DNA from: Podospora anserina | Taxonomy: Eukaryota | Reading direction: 5' to 3' | Length of the DNA: 64,000 nucleotides | Assembly: GCA_017654855.1 (NCBI GenBank) | Contig: CM030338.1 | Location: forward strand, 1,860,001-1,924,000 | In this document: in pieces, positions 1 through 13,080 of the stretch | How the letters are laid out: each line of letters starts with the position of its first letter | Position numbering within the stretch: the first letter of the stretch is position 1 | Program-made: the position numbers and the translations under genes | Notes under the pieces: generated by a model | Told to the model about the DNA's origin: nothing | Database searches by the model: none | What the model saw: only the letters and a program-made list of their open reading frames with translations

Positions 1-951
1 CTGGTCGAGGCGGCGTTTATCGAGGTTTAGCAAGATGATCTTGCGGTTTTCGAGGAGGATGAGGTCCGATGAGGGGGGGTAGGATAGGGAGAGGGAGGAG
101 AACTCGTTGGTGAGGGAGGAGGAAGGGTCGAAGAATTCTTGGGGTGGAGGGGCGGGGTAGTATCCTTCGGTGGTGTTGCTGCCTGGGGGACCGGGGTAGT
201 AGGTTTCCCCTGGGTTGGGGTAAAGGGTGGTGCCAGGGAAGGGCTGAGCAACGGGGAGGTCTTGGTAGGGGAGGGTGGTGGGGGGGTATTCTTGAGGGGT
301 GGTGGTGTAGGCTGGGTAGGAGGGCCAGGTTTGGTCGGTGGTGTACTGGATCGGGGAGGTGCACTCTGAGTTGCGTCCCATGGTGTCGACCGGGTCAGGG
401 TTGGTTGGGTAGGCGTAGTATGTGTCTGGGGCTGGCTGGGGGGCGGAGGGGTCTTCGACTACGCGGCCTCGTTGGTGGCCTTTGAGCATGATGGCGTGGT
501 AGTCGTTGGGCGGGAGCTTGACGACGGTGGACTGGTCTCTGTTTCTGGCGTCGGCTTGGAGGCAGCGGTAGTGAAGGGTATTACCGTCTAGGAACTCTGT
601 GTGAGGGTGAGTTTCGTTAGCTAGGAATGATATCAACAAAAGGAAAACACAGAGTGCTTACTGTACGCCTTCTCAAAGTTCTCCAGCCCCTTGACCCGGA
701 CGAAGCCCGCGGTCGGGTCATAGATCAGGCAAAAGTCTACCTCGCAGACTTGAGAAACAAAAGCCTTGAGATCTTTCCATGTTGTGCTGTGTGAGAACTG
801 CAGGGAGACATCAGGGTTAGCCTCAGAGACAAGCCGGTTCGAAAAGGACTGCGGCTACATTTGCAATAGTGATGTAATATAACCCAGTGATATTCCCCGG
901 CGGGACTGTGACAAGAACCAGATTTTGGTGATGCGCTTGGCTGCGAGACAT
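1..951 (-). CDS. RRM-domain RNA-binding protein, partial (3' end runs off the window start)
   Basis: ATG at 951; introns 858-798 (GTAGCC..CTAAC..CAG) and 661-597 (GTAAGC..CTAAC..CAG). Spliced product MSRSQAHHQN...YYITIANFSHSTTWKDLKAFVSQVCEVDFCLIYDPTAGFVRVKGLENFEKAYKFLDGNTLHYRCLQADARN looks RRM-like. A Pro/Tyr-rich linker follows, then LENRKIILLNLD (possible second RRM). The frame appears open to base 1. Confidence 0.75.
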
Positions 952-2053
952 TGTCGACACGGCCGTGTCTTGATGTTCAGGGTTCAGCTAACTTGATTCG
1001 GTTTTTCTGCGGAAGAGGCTGCTGGTTTCAGGCGATCGACTCTTCTAGACTGACGGCTTACGAGGCGCTCAAGGAAATTTAAAAGGACCGGCGAACTGAA
1101 GGTGAAGATATAGCAAAATATTGGCGGAATATTTCTCGTGGTCGTTGATCGACTGAGCTAAAACTCCAAGCCAAGTGGACATAGCAAAATGAAATCACGC
1201 CAGGAACTATTCAGACAAAAGGTTGAACAATAGGAAGGCCAGGGATGGGTTCCAAGGTACAAAGGGAGAATGAATATCTGGTATATATACTACATGCCGC
1301 TGGGGGCGTCATGGTTTGGGGGGCAATCATCTTCCACAAGGCAGCCCCAGGCACCTCTCAACCAAAACAGATCATGAAGAGCTCGACCACCTTCCAAGGA
1401 GGCCCAAGGGCTTGCAGACGGCATCTTTTGTCAGATGTGATATCCAACCTTTTTCCGTCCTGAACTGCAGATGGGCTGCATGCGCGATACGGCAACCTGG
1501 TAGAGATCTTGGTCCGTCACGCCCGGCCCTTGTTGCTGTTTACTGTACCCAGTACCAACTGACGATTCAATCCACACCCCTTCAAAGTGTAGATTGTTAT
1601 CGACAGTTCACGAGCGTCTCGACCGTGCCGAGGTGAGTTGCCGTACGCCTGACAACATGACAAAAAGCGGGCCGAGAGAGCCAATGTAGCTCCCGAGGAC
1701 TAGCTGAAACGAGCTGCATGATGGGTAGCCACAGCGCCCCTGCACGGGGGGAGTGTCTAAAGGCAGAAGGTGTGAGAACTTCTCGTCCAGGAGACAAGGT
1801 GAATCGAGCCAACCACCCCCGTCAACCAACTACCAGGTAGGTGGGAGCACTAAAGATAGTTGACAGTAGTTGACAGGCCTGGATGACAGGCGGCTCAAAA
1901 GCCATGGCGGTGTCACATACAAGCTACCTATAACGTTACATGGTGTAGGTGCCGTTTTGTCCTTCGTGTGCTAAACCCTGGGGAACAGAGCCAGGGTTCG
2001 AGGACCTGCCCCGGCGTTCTTTGTGCGGAGAAGCTGTGGCTGAATGTGGGAGG

Positions 2054-2089
2054 CGTCACCATACAGAGAGTCGTCACCATACAGAGAGT
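2054..2089. repeat. Perfect 18-bp tandem duplication (CGTCACCATACAGAGAGT x2)
   Basis: Read directly; intergenic. Confidence 0.9.
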
Positions 2090-3038
2090 CAACCCAGGCT
2101 TGAAGTCAAACGCCACCCTCAACAGCAGCCCGCAGACAGCCGTAGCATGCCCCGCTCACACCGCTATGTAAGTTCCCGATGCTGGCTGAGATACGGATAC
2201 ATCTCGGTACATTCTTCTGAAGTTTGTGGCGAAGACAACCGCGTGCTTGAACCAAGGGTAAAACCTGGCATGGGGTGCTGTTGAAGATTCCCCATGGACA
2301 AAACCTGTGATAACGCTGCAGGAATCCTGTAAGAACACCATGGCGGCGCCTAGTTACTTCCGGGTCAAATAAGGGCAGCACCAACAGAATAGGGACTGAG
2401 ACATTGAGCCTCCCCCCACCTTAGGACCCCAATCGCTGCTAGCTGCTGCGGGTATTAACAGTAGTCTGAAGAGCAAACATTTCTAAAAGACAAACTGAAG
2501 CGGAGCTGCTGCGAGGACACTGAGCTAGCGCCTGCGGAGAGCAATAGCTTTCGCCCGTGAAAGGTGAAGAGCAGGCGTCCCACCCCCTCGAGATTAGATC
2601 GGTAGGAGAAAAGCAATATGGTGACGTTGGCAGTAGTCTTGAAGCAGTAGTGTAACACCGCGTGTAAGCCGTGGGACTTCGCCCTGCCTTGTCACCCGTC
2701 GATGTGACAAGATTTCCTCTAAACGTGGTGGTCGCCCCCGGTGCCGTTGACTCGAAGGTCGGCTTGGACTTGAGCTGTCCAAATCCGCTGTGGCTTGCAT
2801 GAAGCTTCGTCGAGTTCCGACATGTCAGACGGCTACTGACTCACGGCAGGCTTCCCCGGACCGCATCGCCCAATGGCAGCTATCCAGGTACCTGGGTCGT
2901 AGGGATCATTCGCCAAGCCCTGTATGCTCTCGGCTGGCGAGGGGGGGGATTGAACTCAAGTTTGCACAACTGACTGTCTTGCCCGCCAAGGCATAAAGTT
3001 TCAGGCAAATACCGAAGTGCAAGTGATGCGATGACGTT

Positions 3039-4760
3039 CTACCTTTTGTGCACAAAGGTGTCCTCTAGTTCGCTGTAGTCATCGTCGTCGTCTTCAACGG
3101 CTCTGGCCCTGTCTGGACCGTCCTGTTCTGCCGGAACCAGTTCGAGCGGCGACTCTTCCCGTGTCTCTGCTGCGTAGCTCGGCTCCGGACTGTGGTGGCT
3201 GGCCCACGGAGGTGCAACTTCGTCCAGTTCGATCAGACAACCCAGTACGTAATGCTGGGCGTCTGAGAAGAAGAGCGACGGACCACTTGCCATACCAGAC
3301 CCTAACCACGAGGCCCGGGGCTTGCCACTTGTTTTGAGTCCAGGGAGGTGTTGGGAAAAGTCAACTGATCGAGGCCCTTCTGAGAGAGGGTCCCACACAA
3401 AGACGATGCCATTGTATTGCTCGCCCTCGCATCGAATGAGAAGTGTCTCGGCAACATGAGGATGCCACGACAGGACGCTGATGTTCCCGTGGAAGAGCAG
3501 CACTGCACGCAACTCTGCGGCCTCCAGATCCCAGATCCAGACCGTGCCGGGTGAGTCTTCCAGCCGTGTGGCTACGAGTGCCGACGTGGGATCGAATGAG
3601 ATGGCCGCACAGCCCGACACAGGCTCTGAGTTGTCCTGCAGCCGGGGCGCCGGGGATATGACCTGCGTAGTCCGCAAGAAGGTGTGCATGATAGGGCCAG
3701 TTTGCGACACGCCGATCTGCTCTTGCCAGACCTATAGAATGCGAGTCAGTTGAAGGCCCTTCACATGGAGGTGCGGTGTAGTGATTGCTGGACCCACCTG
3801 GAGTGTCTCTGTGGAAGCAACAGACTTTGGATGACGAAGGCGCATAGTCTCTGTTACGGAAGCCATGTTGAAAATGCACACTGACCGACTACAATCGCCA
3901 ACAGCTAGGAAACGGGCATCGGCTGACAGCTGAAGCGCCTTGACGCCGGCTCCAATGGCGTAGTCTCTGTCCTCCAATGAAGGATTCGCAGGGCCTGACC
4001 AGGTTTTGAACAAGTGTCCATCTGACGTATAGAAGATTACTTTGTGTCCCTGCGCAGCTGATTCCCAGACGACAAGCCATCGTCCGTCTGGGCTCCATGT
4101 AATTCCCTGGGCATCAATGGTATCAGGAGCCCATGACCTCTGCAACTCTCTGGTTGGATATGAGTGAATGCTTATTAAGTCTTTGCCAGAGACTCTGGAG
4201 AGCAAGGCAAGATGACGTGTTTGGGGCCGAAAAGAAAAGCATCTAGAAGCGGACGAAGGAGAAAAAACCTTGGGGGTGTTGATCTCGGCAGCCCTAGACG
4301 AGGTGAGATCGAACAGAGAGAACTTCAGGCCGTATGACGAGATCACGCAGACCTCGGCATCTGAGGCACCAAAGCCAACATAAGCTGGCTTCGTGCCGGG
4401 CACAGAGGCGGTTCGGATGGCAGCATGGAAGCTGCTGTCAAGCGCAGAAACAACGCGAACTTGTTCAGGTCCAGCTATGAGCAACAGGCGTGATGACGGT
4501 GACCACTGGAAACCGAGAATGGGGCCGGCAAAGTCCTGGGGCAGTTTGATCACATTGACAACCTCTGGGCTGCGGACGGCTCTGATATGGACAAGGGATG
4601 AGAGAAGAGTCGCAATATGTTGGCCGTCTGGACTGGGGACAGAGTGCGATGATGCTATTGGCGGCGTCAGCGAAGCCCTGCGTCCAGATGGTCGACATAG
4701 GTATAGTATCATATCACACACACACTCTCACTCACACTTTAGGCTCCTGGAGAACTTCAT
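3039..4760 (-). CDS. WD40-repeat protein, WRAP73/WDR8-like (spindle-pole/centrosome family)
   Basis: ATG 4760 (MKFSRSLK); introns 4735-4655 and 3797-3732 join ORFs 3732-4721 and 3039-3710. Repeated WD-like motifs (FQWSPSS, ITWSPDGRWLVVWES, VWIWDL, LSWHP). Family assignment is from recalled similarity. Confidence 0.75.
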
Positions 4761-5748
4761 GTTGATATTCTTCTTAAGGCAGAGAGGGAGAATCGAGAGA
4801 GAGATGGCCTCACACCTTCCGTCCGTGCAGTATAGCTAGGTAGTAAGTAGTAGATATTATCATGCAACGCGTATGCAGGTAGCCGGGAGGACCTGATCGC
4901 TGAATGTTGCTGTTGCTGATGGAAATACTGCGTAAGCAAAGTCGCAGGATGCGTGGCTGCTGCTCGAGCACCAAAGTGGGAAGCAAACACTACACGGCCG
5001 TGAGGGCTGAGCGAGGGAGTATGTACGATTGCTCGTATGGAGATAGCCTATAAACAGTCCTGTCCGGAGGTGGTGATAGTGGTGTTGCTTTCGGGACGAG
5101 GTACTGGGTACTTGGTCGCGTCGTTGGCTGGGCCGGTACTTTGGACCAAAAAAATTCATGAACGCGGCGTGCCTGACGTTCCGTGCCAGGCGACCGGTGG
5201 ACAGAGGCTGCCAAGAATGGCGGGGACCTTTTCTACGCTCTACACTAGAAGCTTGGACCTCTGGTTCTCGCCGACATCCGAGCATCTGGGGCCGGTCCGC
5301 AGTGACCCGCTTTTTGCCGAGTGCACCTGCTGTCTCTTCACTCTTGTGCCATTTTGGCGGGGGAAGGAGGCGATGAAGGGAACTCTTTCCCCTCGACGGA
5401 GTTGCTGAGTCACACAAGGAAATGTCAGTCATCAGCAGCAGCCAAGCATCGTCAAGGGTAGATGCCAGATGCCAGGTCCTGAATCGGCATGCTGGCCTCT
5501 CGTTAATCTTGGATACATGTCCCGTATCGATATCTGTAAGATATCTATTGGATCAAACTTGATGTCACTCCGTCACCACTCTCACCCACCAGTCTCCGCG
5601 GAGTCGGCGTCCACCTCCAGACGGGAACAAACATAACTTGGCCATGGTGCCCCGCCACCCTTCTCATTGTTGCAGAAACACCCTGACAGAATACCGGTAG
5701 TAGCAGTCAGTCAGCCTTCAACTCACACTTTTAGTTATTACCTACCTA

Positions 5749-7166
5749 CTATGGGTGCGGTTGCGCGCTGTCTGTCCCAGCGCATCCGGCTCGGGACGCT
5801 GCATACGCCAACGACGAATAGAAGGCCCCGAACGACTCCGTCACAATTTCGAGGTGTTGCGTCGGCGACTCTCGCCCATCCCTTTCAAGGGGTTCAGACG
5901 TTTTCTGCTTCGCCTGCGCCGTCACCAGCTGTCGACGAACCTCTTCCTCAACCTCCATCACCACACCGACTGCCCCCCAGCCCTGCTGACCGCGGCTCCC
6001 GGGTTATTAGACCGACGCCCCCGCCCTCATCGAGCTCTCGCAAGGATCGCATCCGCGAGGCCAGGCCCTTCTCCGATTTCCTCACGGATAACTTCGATCG
6101 CCAGCACGACTACTTGCGCATCTCCGTAACTGAGCGATGCAACCTACGATGTCTATACTGCATGCCTGAAGAGGGTGTGCCCCTCTCGCCTCAGAAGGAG
6201 CTCCTCACCACCCCCGAAATTGTGATGCTCTCGTCTCTGTTTGTGTCCCAGGGCGTTACCAAAATTCGTCTGACGGGAGGCGAGCCCACTGTGCGGCGGG
6301 ATATTGTGCCTTTGATGCAGCAGATCGGAGCCCTGCGAGCCCACGGCCTTCGCGAGCTTTGCCTCACCACCAATGGCCTATCGCTCCACCGCAAACTGGA
6401 CGCCATGGTAGAGGCTGGCTTGACGGGAGTAAACCTGTCTCTCGACACTCTGGACCAATGGCAGTATCAGTTGATGACGCGGCGGGCGGGATTCAGCGCC
6501 GTACAGAAGACTATCGACCGCATTTTCGAGCTGAACCGCGCGGGCGCGGGCATCAAGTTCAAGATCAACTGTGTGGTCATGCGCGGGGTGAACGACCGGG
6601 AGATTCTGCCATTTGTGGAAATGACGCGGGAGAAGGATGTCGAGGTGCGCTTCATTGAGTACATGCCGTTTGACGGCAACAAGTGGAGCAAGGGCAAGAT
6701 GTTCAGCTACCAAGAGATGCTGGACCTGATCCGCTCCCGGTATCCGGACCTTCAAAGGGAGGCGGGCCACAAGAACGACACAAGCAAGACCTTCCAGGTG
6801 GCAGGCTTTGTTGGCAAGCTTGGGTTCGTCACGAGCATGACCCACAACTTTTGCGGGACATGCAACAGGCTCCGGATCACCAGTGACGGCAACCTAAAGG
6901 TGTGCCTCTTTGGGAATGCCGAGGTTTCCGTAAGAGACATCTTGCGAAAGGTGAACGGGGGCGAGCCAATCGACGAGGAAGCCTTGGAGTTGCTGAAGCA
7001 AATTGCCCTGGACGGCTTGAAACAATCATCACAGCTGTTGGTACCCAACTCTGAGGAGCTCCTCAACGTGATTGGTATGGCTGTAAAGCGGAAGAAGGAA
7101 AAGCACGCTGGCCTCGGCGAGCTGGAGCATATGAAAAACAGGCCTATGATACTGATCGGTGGGTGA
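5749..7166 (+). CDS. MOCS1: GTP 3',8-cyclase MoaA/MOCS1A (unspliced isoform) with N-terminal mitochondrial-presequence-like region
   Basis: Radical-SAM motif CNLRCLYC, KIRLTGGEP, second cluster motif FCGTCNRLR...VCLF and C-terminal MILIGG-stop. N-terminus is Arg/Ser/Thr-rich and acid-poor. Confidence 0.95.
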
Positions 7167-7353
7167 TGGTTCTCTCCCCTTTCTTTCTGGCATCTGTGCA
7201 CTGGTTGGAGTTTGGAGTGGGAAAATGGTACATAAAAGTCGTATATGAGGCATGACATACATCTTGAACCACCTACCTACCTCCCCACAACGCTCAGGGC
7301 TTTGCTTGTGCTTGGTTCAAACAGGGACAAGTTTGGCTAAGGAGCAAGCGTAG

Positions 7354-8075
7354 ATCCGCCAGCCACATTTCAGCGGCACCATTCTCGGTGGCATCATCAC
7401 ATCGGTTTCGCGCCAAGTACCAGCCTTACCAACAAGGGACCAGTACCTCTCAGCGGCTTTCCGGTCCCGGGCTCTGGCAGCACCTCTGGTTTCCAGCAGC
7501 TACGCCTCTTCACGAGCACATCTCGACAGTTCCGTCAGGATGGCAAGGACAACGATTCCAAAGGTCCGAAACTGACGCATGTCACCTCTTCTGGAGAGGC
7601 CCATATGGTCTCGATTTCAGACAAGACACCCACAAAACGCGTGGCCACAGCCAAATGTACTGTGTACTTCTCGGACCCGGCGGTTCTCAGACTTATCAAA
7701 GAGAATCAAATGAAAAAGGGAGATGTGCTCGGAGTGGCGAGGATAGCGGGCATCATGGCGGCGAAACGGACGCCGGACCTCATTCCGCTGTGCCATCCTA
7801 TTGCTCTGACGCATGCCGAGGTCGAGCTGGCGCCTGTGGAAGCAAACATTGAAGACGAAACCAATGGCCAGAACAAGGGAGGCGCGATTGAGATTGCGGC
7901 AACAGTTTCTTGTGATGGCAAAACGGGCGTGGAGATGGAAGCGCTCACAGCTGCGTCAACCGCTGCCCTGACAGTCTACGACATGTGTAAAGCGGTCGAC
8001 AAGGCAATGGTCATCGAGGGCTTGAGAGTGGTTCTCAAGGAGGGTGGCAAGAGCGGAAGATGGGAGATGCCATGA
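7354..8075 (+). CDS. MOCS1: cPMP synthase MoaC/MOCS1B exon, expressed as a fusion to MoaA via intron 7159-7353
   Basis: KLTHVTSSGEAHMV, KKGDVLGVARIAGIMAAK, LIPLCHP, TGVEMEALTA, YDMCKAVD and KEGGKSG are MoaC motifs. The frame is open from 7341 with no Met before 7605. Confidence 0.9.
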
Positions 8076-10870
8076 CGATACTGGGAAGCTCATGAGATTG
8101 ACCAACATTCCTCGAAAAAGACCAACCGGCAGTTGGGAAATGGTGGGAGCTGTAGCCGAGAACGTGGGTTGCGGTTGAGGCTGACGGGAACATGATGGGA
8201 TGATCCCTCCAACAAAGCACCATCGATGGAAGCAAGCAGATCCGGTTCCACGACGCCATGGTGTGCCCGAATTCAGTAAGGCTGACTGATCGACCAAGTT
8301 TCTTCTGGCCAAGACATGACAGAAAAGTGACAGCTCTGATCATGATCCAGCTAAAGCAATCGTAGCGGTGGTGATATTGATGATGTATGCGGGGCTATTT
8401 TCTGTATCTAGAGACCAACTGCAGCATCTGCCTGTTTGCGTATGCAGGGCATCGACATCGTCTCTGCAAGAGAGAGGCCAAGTTTCTCGCTTGCTCTGCA
8501 GTGGTCCTGTTTTGCTTCTTTTGTTGACAGCTCAAAGCGCACCAATGGAGATACAAGATTCTATCGAGAGTGAAAATGTTGGCTTCTTTGCTCTTCTGTG
8601 TCGTAGCAGACAAGAGCTGCTGAACAGGTCTCCCTACTCCTGTCCCTCCCTTGCCAAAAGAGTCTGTCTCTCTCTTGCTCGCGACCAAACTTTGCCTGAT
8701 TCTCATGAAGATAAGGGCGTGCCAAGCCTAAGGCCTGACATGTTTATGATGGCGACGATTAACTCCGATATGTCACCCCCGCATCCGCAGCCGCCTCCCT
8801 ACCAAAGCCCCCCTCCACTGTGCTAGACCCGAACCCGCTCCCCCTTCACCGTGGCTTCGAAGCGCGGGAAAGGGAGGGGGATGGGGGCTGAAGGCTGTGT
8901 AACATGACCCCGCGCTCACCGGCCACCCCGCCATCAACCGAAGCCGGACCGAAACGATGACAAGCAGCGAGCGAACAGCGAAAGAAAAGCGTGGGCGGCG
9001 GGTTGCATCGGAGCTCGCCGACATTCACCCTCTTTACCGTTGAGAACGCTTCTCACCCACAGAACGAACTTTCGCCCCCCCCAAACTACCTACCTCCAGC
9101 AAGACAGCGAACAAGACTACTGCGCGTCAACAATCAACCGGTAGGTTGCTTGGTGGTTTCTGTGTAAGACCGAACATCTGGGTGGCCAACGACCCCCCCT
9201 GTGGAGAGATGTGGTTGGTCGGGCATGACGTAACAACAAACCTATTGTGGTTAGAAGGCCTATATGAGCAGAGAGAGAGGAGACAAGATGTTGAGAAGAC
9301 TCAAATTCCTTTCTAGGTACAGTAGCCAGAATCCACGCCGATGAACAAGCGCCGTGTTTGTTTGGGTGGTGGAATTGAATTACAAATGTGACAAAAAAAG
9401 ACCCAGTGCGAGTCAAACTCCCCGAGGAAACGGCGAAATAGGTAGCCAAGAACATCTCAGTAAAGTAAAAGACAACGTCAATGAGGCAAGACGTCACAAG
9501 CAACAGTGGAATGAAGTTGCAACTTTCAAAATCTAGACAATTCAGAGATAGTCTTTTGAATATATACCATCAGCACCTCTATTTTCCAATAACCTGACCG
9601 GAACCGCTCCCGCCTCACATCCGACCCCTTCTTACCGACCTCGCACTCGTCCCTCCAACCAATCACCATTCTGCGATAACCTTTTTTACCTCTCAGCCAA
9701 TCATTTCCAGGTTATATGCCGTTTCCCGAATTTGATGACCGCGCCGGCCGGCCGCCCGCTTTCACAGCACCACCACCCACTGTCCTATCCACTTCTTGGC
9801 ACTCTGCTACACAGTGCCCAAACCTTCCAGGTTTTCTCCATTCTCCAAAGGCAGAGCACACGAGCAATCAGCAAGAGATCTCCCTCCCACTCTGATAGAT
9901 CGTCCGCCTCTTCTCTATCACTCGCATAACCAACCCTCAACTAAAAGCAGATCCTCCATCATCACCAACGTCACACAAACAAATCTTAGCATCATCATCC
10001 CCCAGATTCAAACATCTAGATTAGGGAAATGGATTATTCGCGGCTCTCGCGCGTCATTTCCCCACGGATAACCGTTTCTGGTGCTTTACAAGGGGGGTCC
10101 CAAAATGAAAAAGACATACAACATACCATGCACTGCAACGCTGGCCTGCTTAAACGAAAATATGCCTTTAGGTAACAGTTTCGAAAACTTGCGCGGGTAA
10201 ATCCTTACGCAGTGGATATCATCTTTAAATGCATACATACCTACATACATGCATACATTCTCGTATCGGGAGGCATCTTATCTCCATCAGGCGAGGCTCA
10301 GCTCAGCTCGAGACAACACATGATGGCCGCTGCGAGGCTGACCTGCGCTGAGACTCATAACATGACATGATACAAGGTGCGCATAGTATCGGTGTGAGCT
10401 TATGAGTCATAATGGCGTACGTGATGTGACAGTATTTAGCTTTGATCAGGTTGTAGTTATTCAGCATGTAGACGCATGCTATGTCTCGGGATTTGCCACT
10501 TACCCAAGGGTCCAGTTACACTATCTGTCAATACATACAAAGCCCCTATGTCATCTCTTGGCACATTATCAAATAGACTTTACAGACCCAAAACAACGAA
10601 CGCCTGAACGAGGTGCAAACACAGCAGCAATCCTGATTATTACTTGAATATAACAAACTCCCCCCGTTCAACGGTTAATAAACCAGTCCGAAACTCCCTA
10701 TATAATGTTGACAAAGTAGTCTTGCCCCCCACCCTTTCTTCAAACCCGCTTGCTTGACTCTTCAATAAAGATCTGTCCCATATGTCTTGTTCCCTTTGTT
10801 CAGCAATCCACCCCCCTTTCACACCTCGGTATCAATAAACCGCCATAGCCGCGCCACCCACACCACCCCA

Positions 10871-11651
10871 TTACATAACCAAGCAGCACGAATTCTGCTT
10901 CTTAGCCGACTTGTAAAACATCTTGCTCTGCGCGCTCAAATCAGAGCTCTTGGCCACCAAGTCATCCAACTTCTCGCCACGTTGCAGGACCTAAAAAAAA
11001 CATAGAAGCACATATCAGCAAAACATTCTTTTCTTCACCGACTTGATGACCCCCACCCCCCACGTTAGAAAGGGACAACACATACGCTATCAATAGCCTT
11101 ATGCAACACAATCTTCGTCTCGTCCAGTTCCTGCTGGATCTTGGCGATGCTGCTCGCATTGTTTGCGTCTTGGTAGTTGTTCAGATAGTCCTTCAACGCC
11201 GGGAAGGAAACATCGCCGTTGTTCTTGGCGGCCTGGACGGTGGATAGTGGGACTTCGGAGAGGAACTGGTCCATGAGCTTGGAGAGGACGCTGTGGGCGG
11301 CGATGTGGGGGTAGTCCTTGGTGATGACGACGCCGGCGACGCCTTCGGAGCGGGCGTAGCAGTGGACGACATAGTCTGCAACGCATTTCAACCGCCATTA
11401 GCATACATACATGCACATCTTGTCGGTTTTGATATCGAAAAGGTTAAAAAAAAAAAAGACATACCCTGCTCCTCCACACTCTGCCTCTGCCCAGGCTTTG
11501 TCCGCTCCGCCACCGTCTTGCTGATCATGGTCATGAACTTGCCATACTCATCCCGCGTGAAGCGAGAGAACTCGCTGAGCTCGTGCTCGGCGCATAGCTG
11601 GATGGCGGGGGACTTGGTGTTGTCCAGCACGCCGACGTAGTAGAGCTTCAT
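10871..11651 (-). CDS. YKT6: R-SNARE Ykt6 (longin domain, SNARE motif, CCaaX)
   Basis: ATG 11651 ([18 protein letters not shown]); introns 11464-11376 and 11085-10991. [54 protein letters not shown]-stop. Confidence 0.95.
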
Positions 11652-13044
11652 CTTGTCTGTTTGTCTGCTGTTGTGTGAAGCCGGTGGTGTAAAGTGGAGC
11701 AAAGCGCTGTCTATCGCCCGCCAGCACCGGGATACGTAATGCTGGGAATGTGTGTCGTCGGGGTTAGGGGACCGATATGGGAGGGTTGAGTGTTCGGCCT
11801 TTCTCTGGGTGGGCAAGGAACCTGGAAGCGGTGCAGAAGTGGCAGAACGCGGGGGCAGGTGGAGACTCGGGGATGTGTCGTCGGAGCACGGATGAGGCCG
11901 CCGGCTGTTGGTTCACTCGGGGGCTCGGTGGGATGTATTGTTGTTTATTGTTTGGTGTCGTCGTAGTCGTGGCAGAATTTCCGTTGTTTCTTTGGTAACG
12001 GATGGGATTGAAGGGGTTGCGGCTGATGATGTCGTTGCAGGACTGAACCAACCGCCAGCGCCTACCCCTGTCACAGCCAGTCGACCGCTGACCGCCGGCG
12101 TGGCCTTGTCCTGAGGCTGGCCTCGGCGAAAAGCTGTCCCGTGCCGGCCGAGGCTAGAGGGCCGCGCTCGCCGAACCTATCAAGATGGTTTAGATGCATA
12201 TTTGTATTATCACTTGGCATGCAATTGTCCGTTTCAGCAATATGAACTGATGTCCCATGGCTTATCTGGATCTTTGAATTGCTGACACCCAGCCACACAC
12301 AGTCATATCTTCCCATCCCATAATCACATGTGTTCCTGACCTGCAATCCCAAAAGCTTTGTATCGGCTTTGTTCAAAATGTCCACCATCCGACTTCGAAA
12401 CCATTGACAGTTCCAAAGTAAAATATGGAAGGTAGGCAACCTGGCTCAGGTCGTATCGTGCCGAGTCAGCGAAACTCGAAGTACAGGTTATCCTTCTAAA
12501 CGAAGGAGGCAAGAAGCATAGCCGGGCCTCGACCTCATGGAAACACAAGGGTCAAGGTTCATGCGACTGGTGAATGAGCCCGGGATTACGTGGGTACGTA
12601 TCACAGTGCGACTTTGACCTGCCGGGCACGAAGCTTGGACATCCCACAAGGGCCCCGAACGGTTGCCGCCACTCGTCCGCGCTCTGTTAGTGGTGGCTGT
12701 CAAGTTGTCAAAGTTACTGCTCGTGCGAGTCCGTTGCTCTGAGCTGTCGGCGAGGGATAGGGAGTCGTCATCGTATCGTCGTGTTCAACACTGCCCATGA
12801 TAAGGGGAGGCAGTCTATCGCGGTTACACGAAATCTACCTTTGCAGCCAGCGTCGAACAATGCGCTGCCGCCGTTGGGCTTTTAAAAGGCCAAGAAGGAC
12901 GGCAGCGGAGAAGCAGAAGAAGCACTTGCCGTTCATGGGTGTCCTAGACAGGGTTCCAGGGTTGTCTCGAGCGGATGTGCCTTCCTTGCAACTCAACTTT
13001 GGGTCCACCGCTCTTTGCCCAGGTTGAGAGATCTGAATGCTCCG

Positions 13045-13080
13045 TTGCTCCTTGCTCCTTACTCCTTGCTCCTTGCTCCT
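13045..13080. repeat. 7-bp tandem repeat (TTGCTCC) x5, one variant unit
   Basis: Read directly upstream of the FYVE gene. Confidence 0.85.

Noticed and set aside
1293-1337. HAAGGVMVWGAI resembles the Tc1/mariner GGSVMVWG motif
   Set aside because: Only about 10 residues in a 72-aa ORF, with no DDE residues, TIRs or further similarity. Probably chance.
10105-10235. Fragmentary resemblance to 5S rRNA ends (minus strand) and to the U4/U6 pairing segment (ATCCTTACGCAGTGG)
   Set aside because: The internal 5S boxes, U6 ACAGAGA box, U4 k-turn and Sm site are all absent. The matches are too short.
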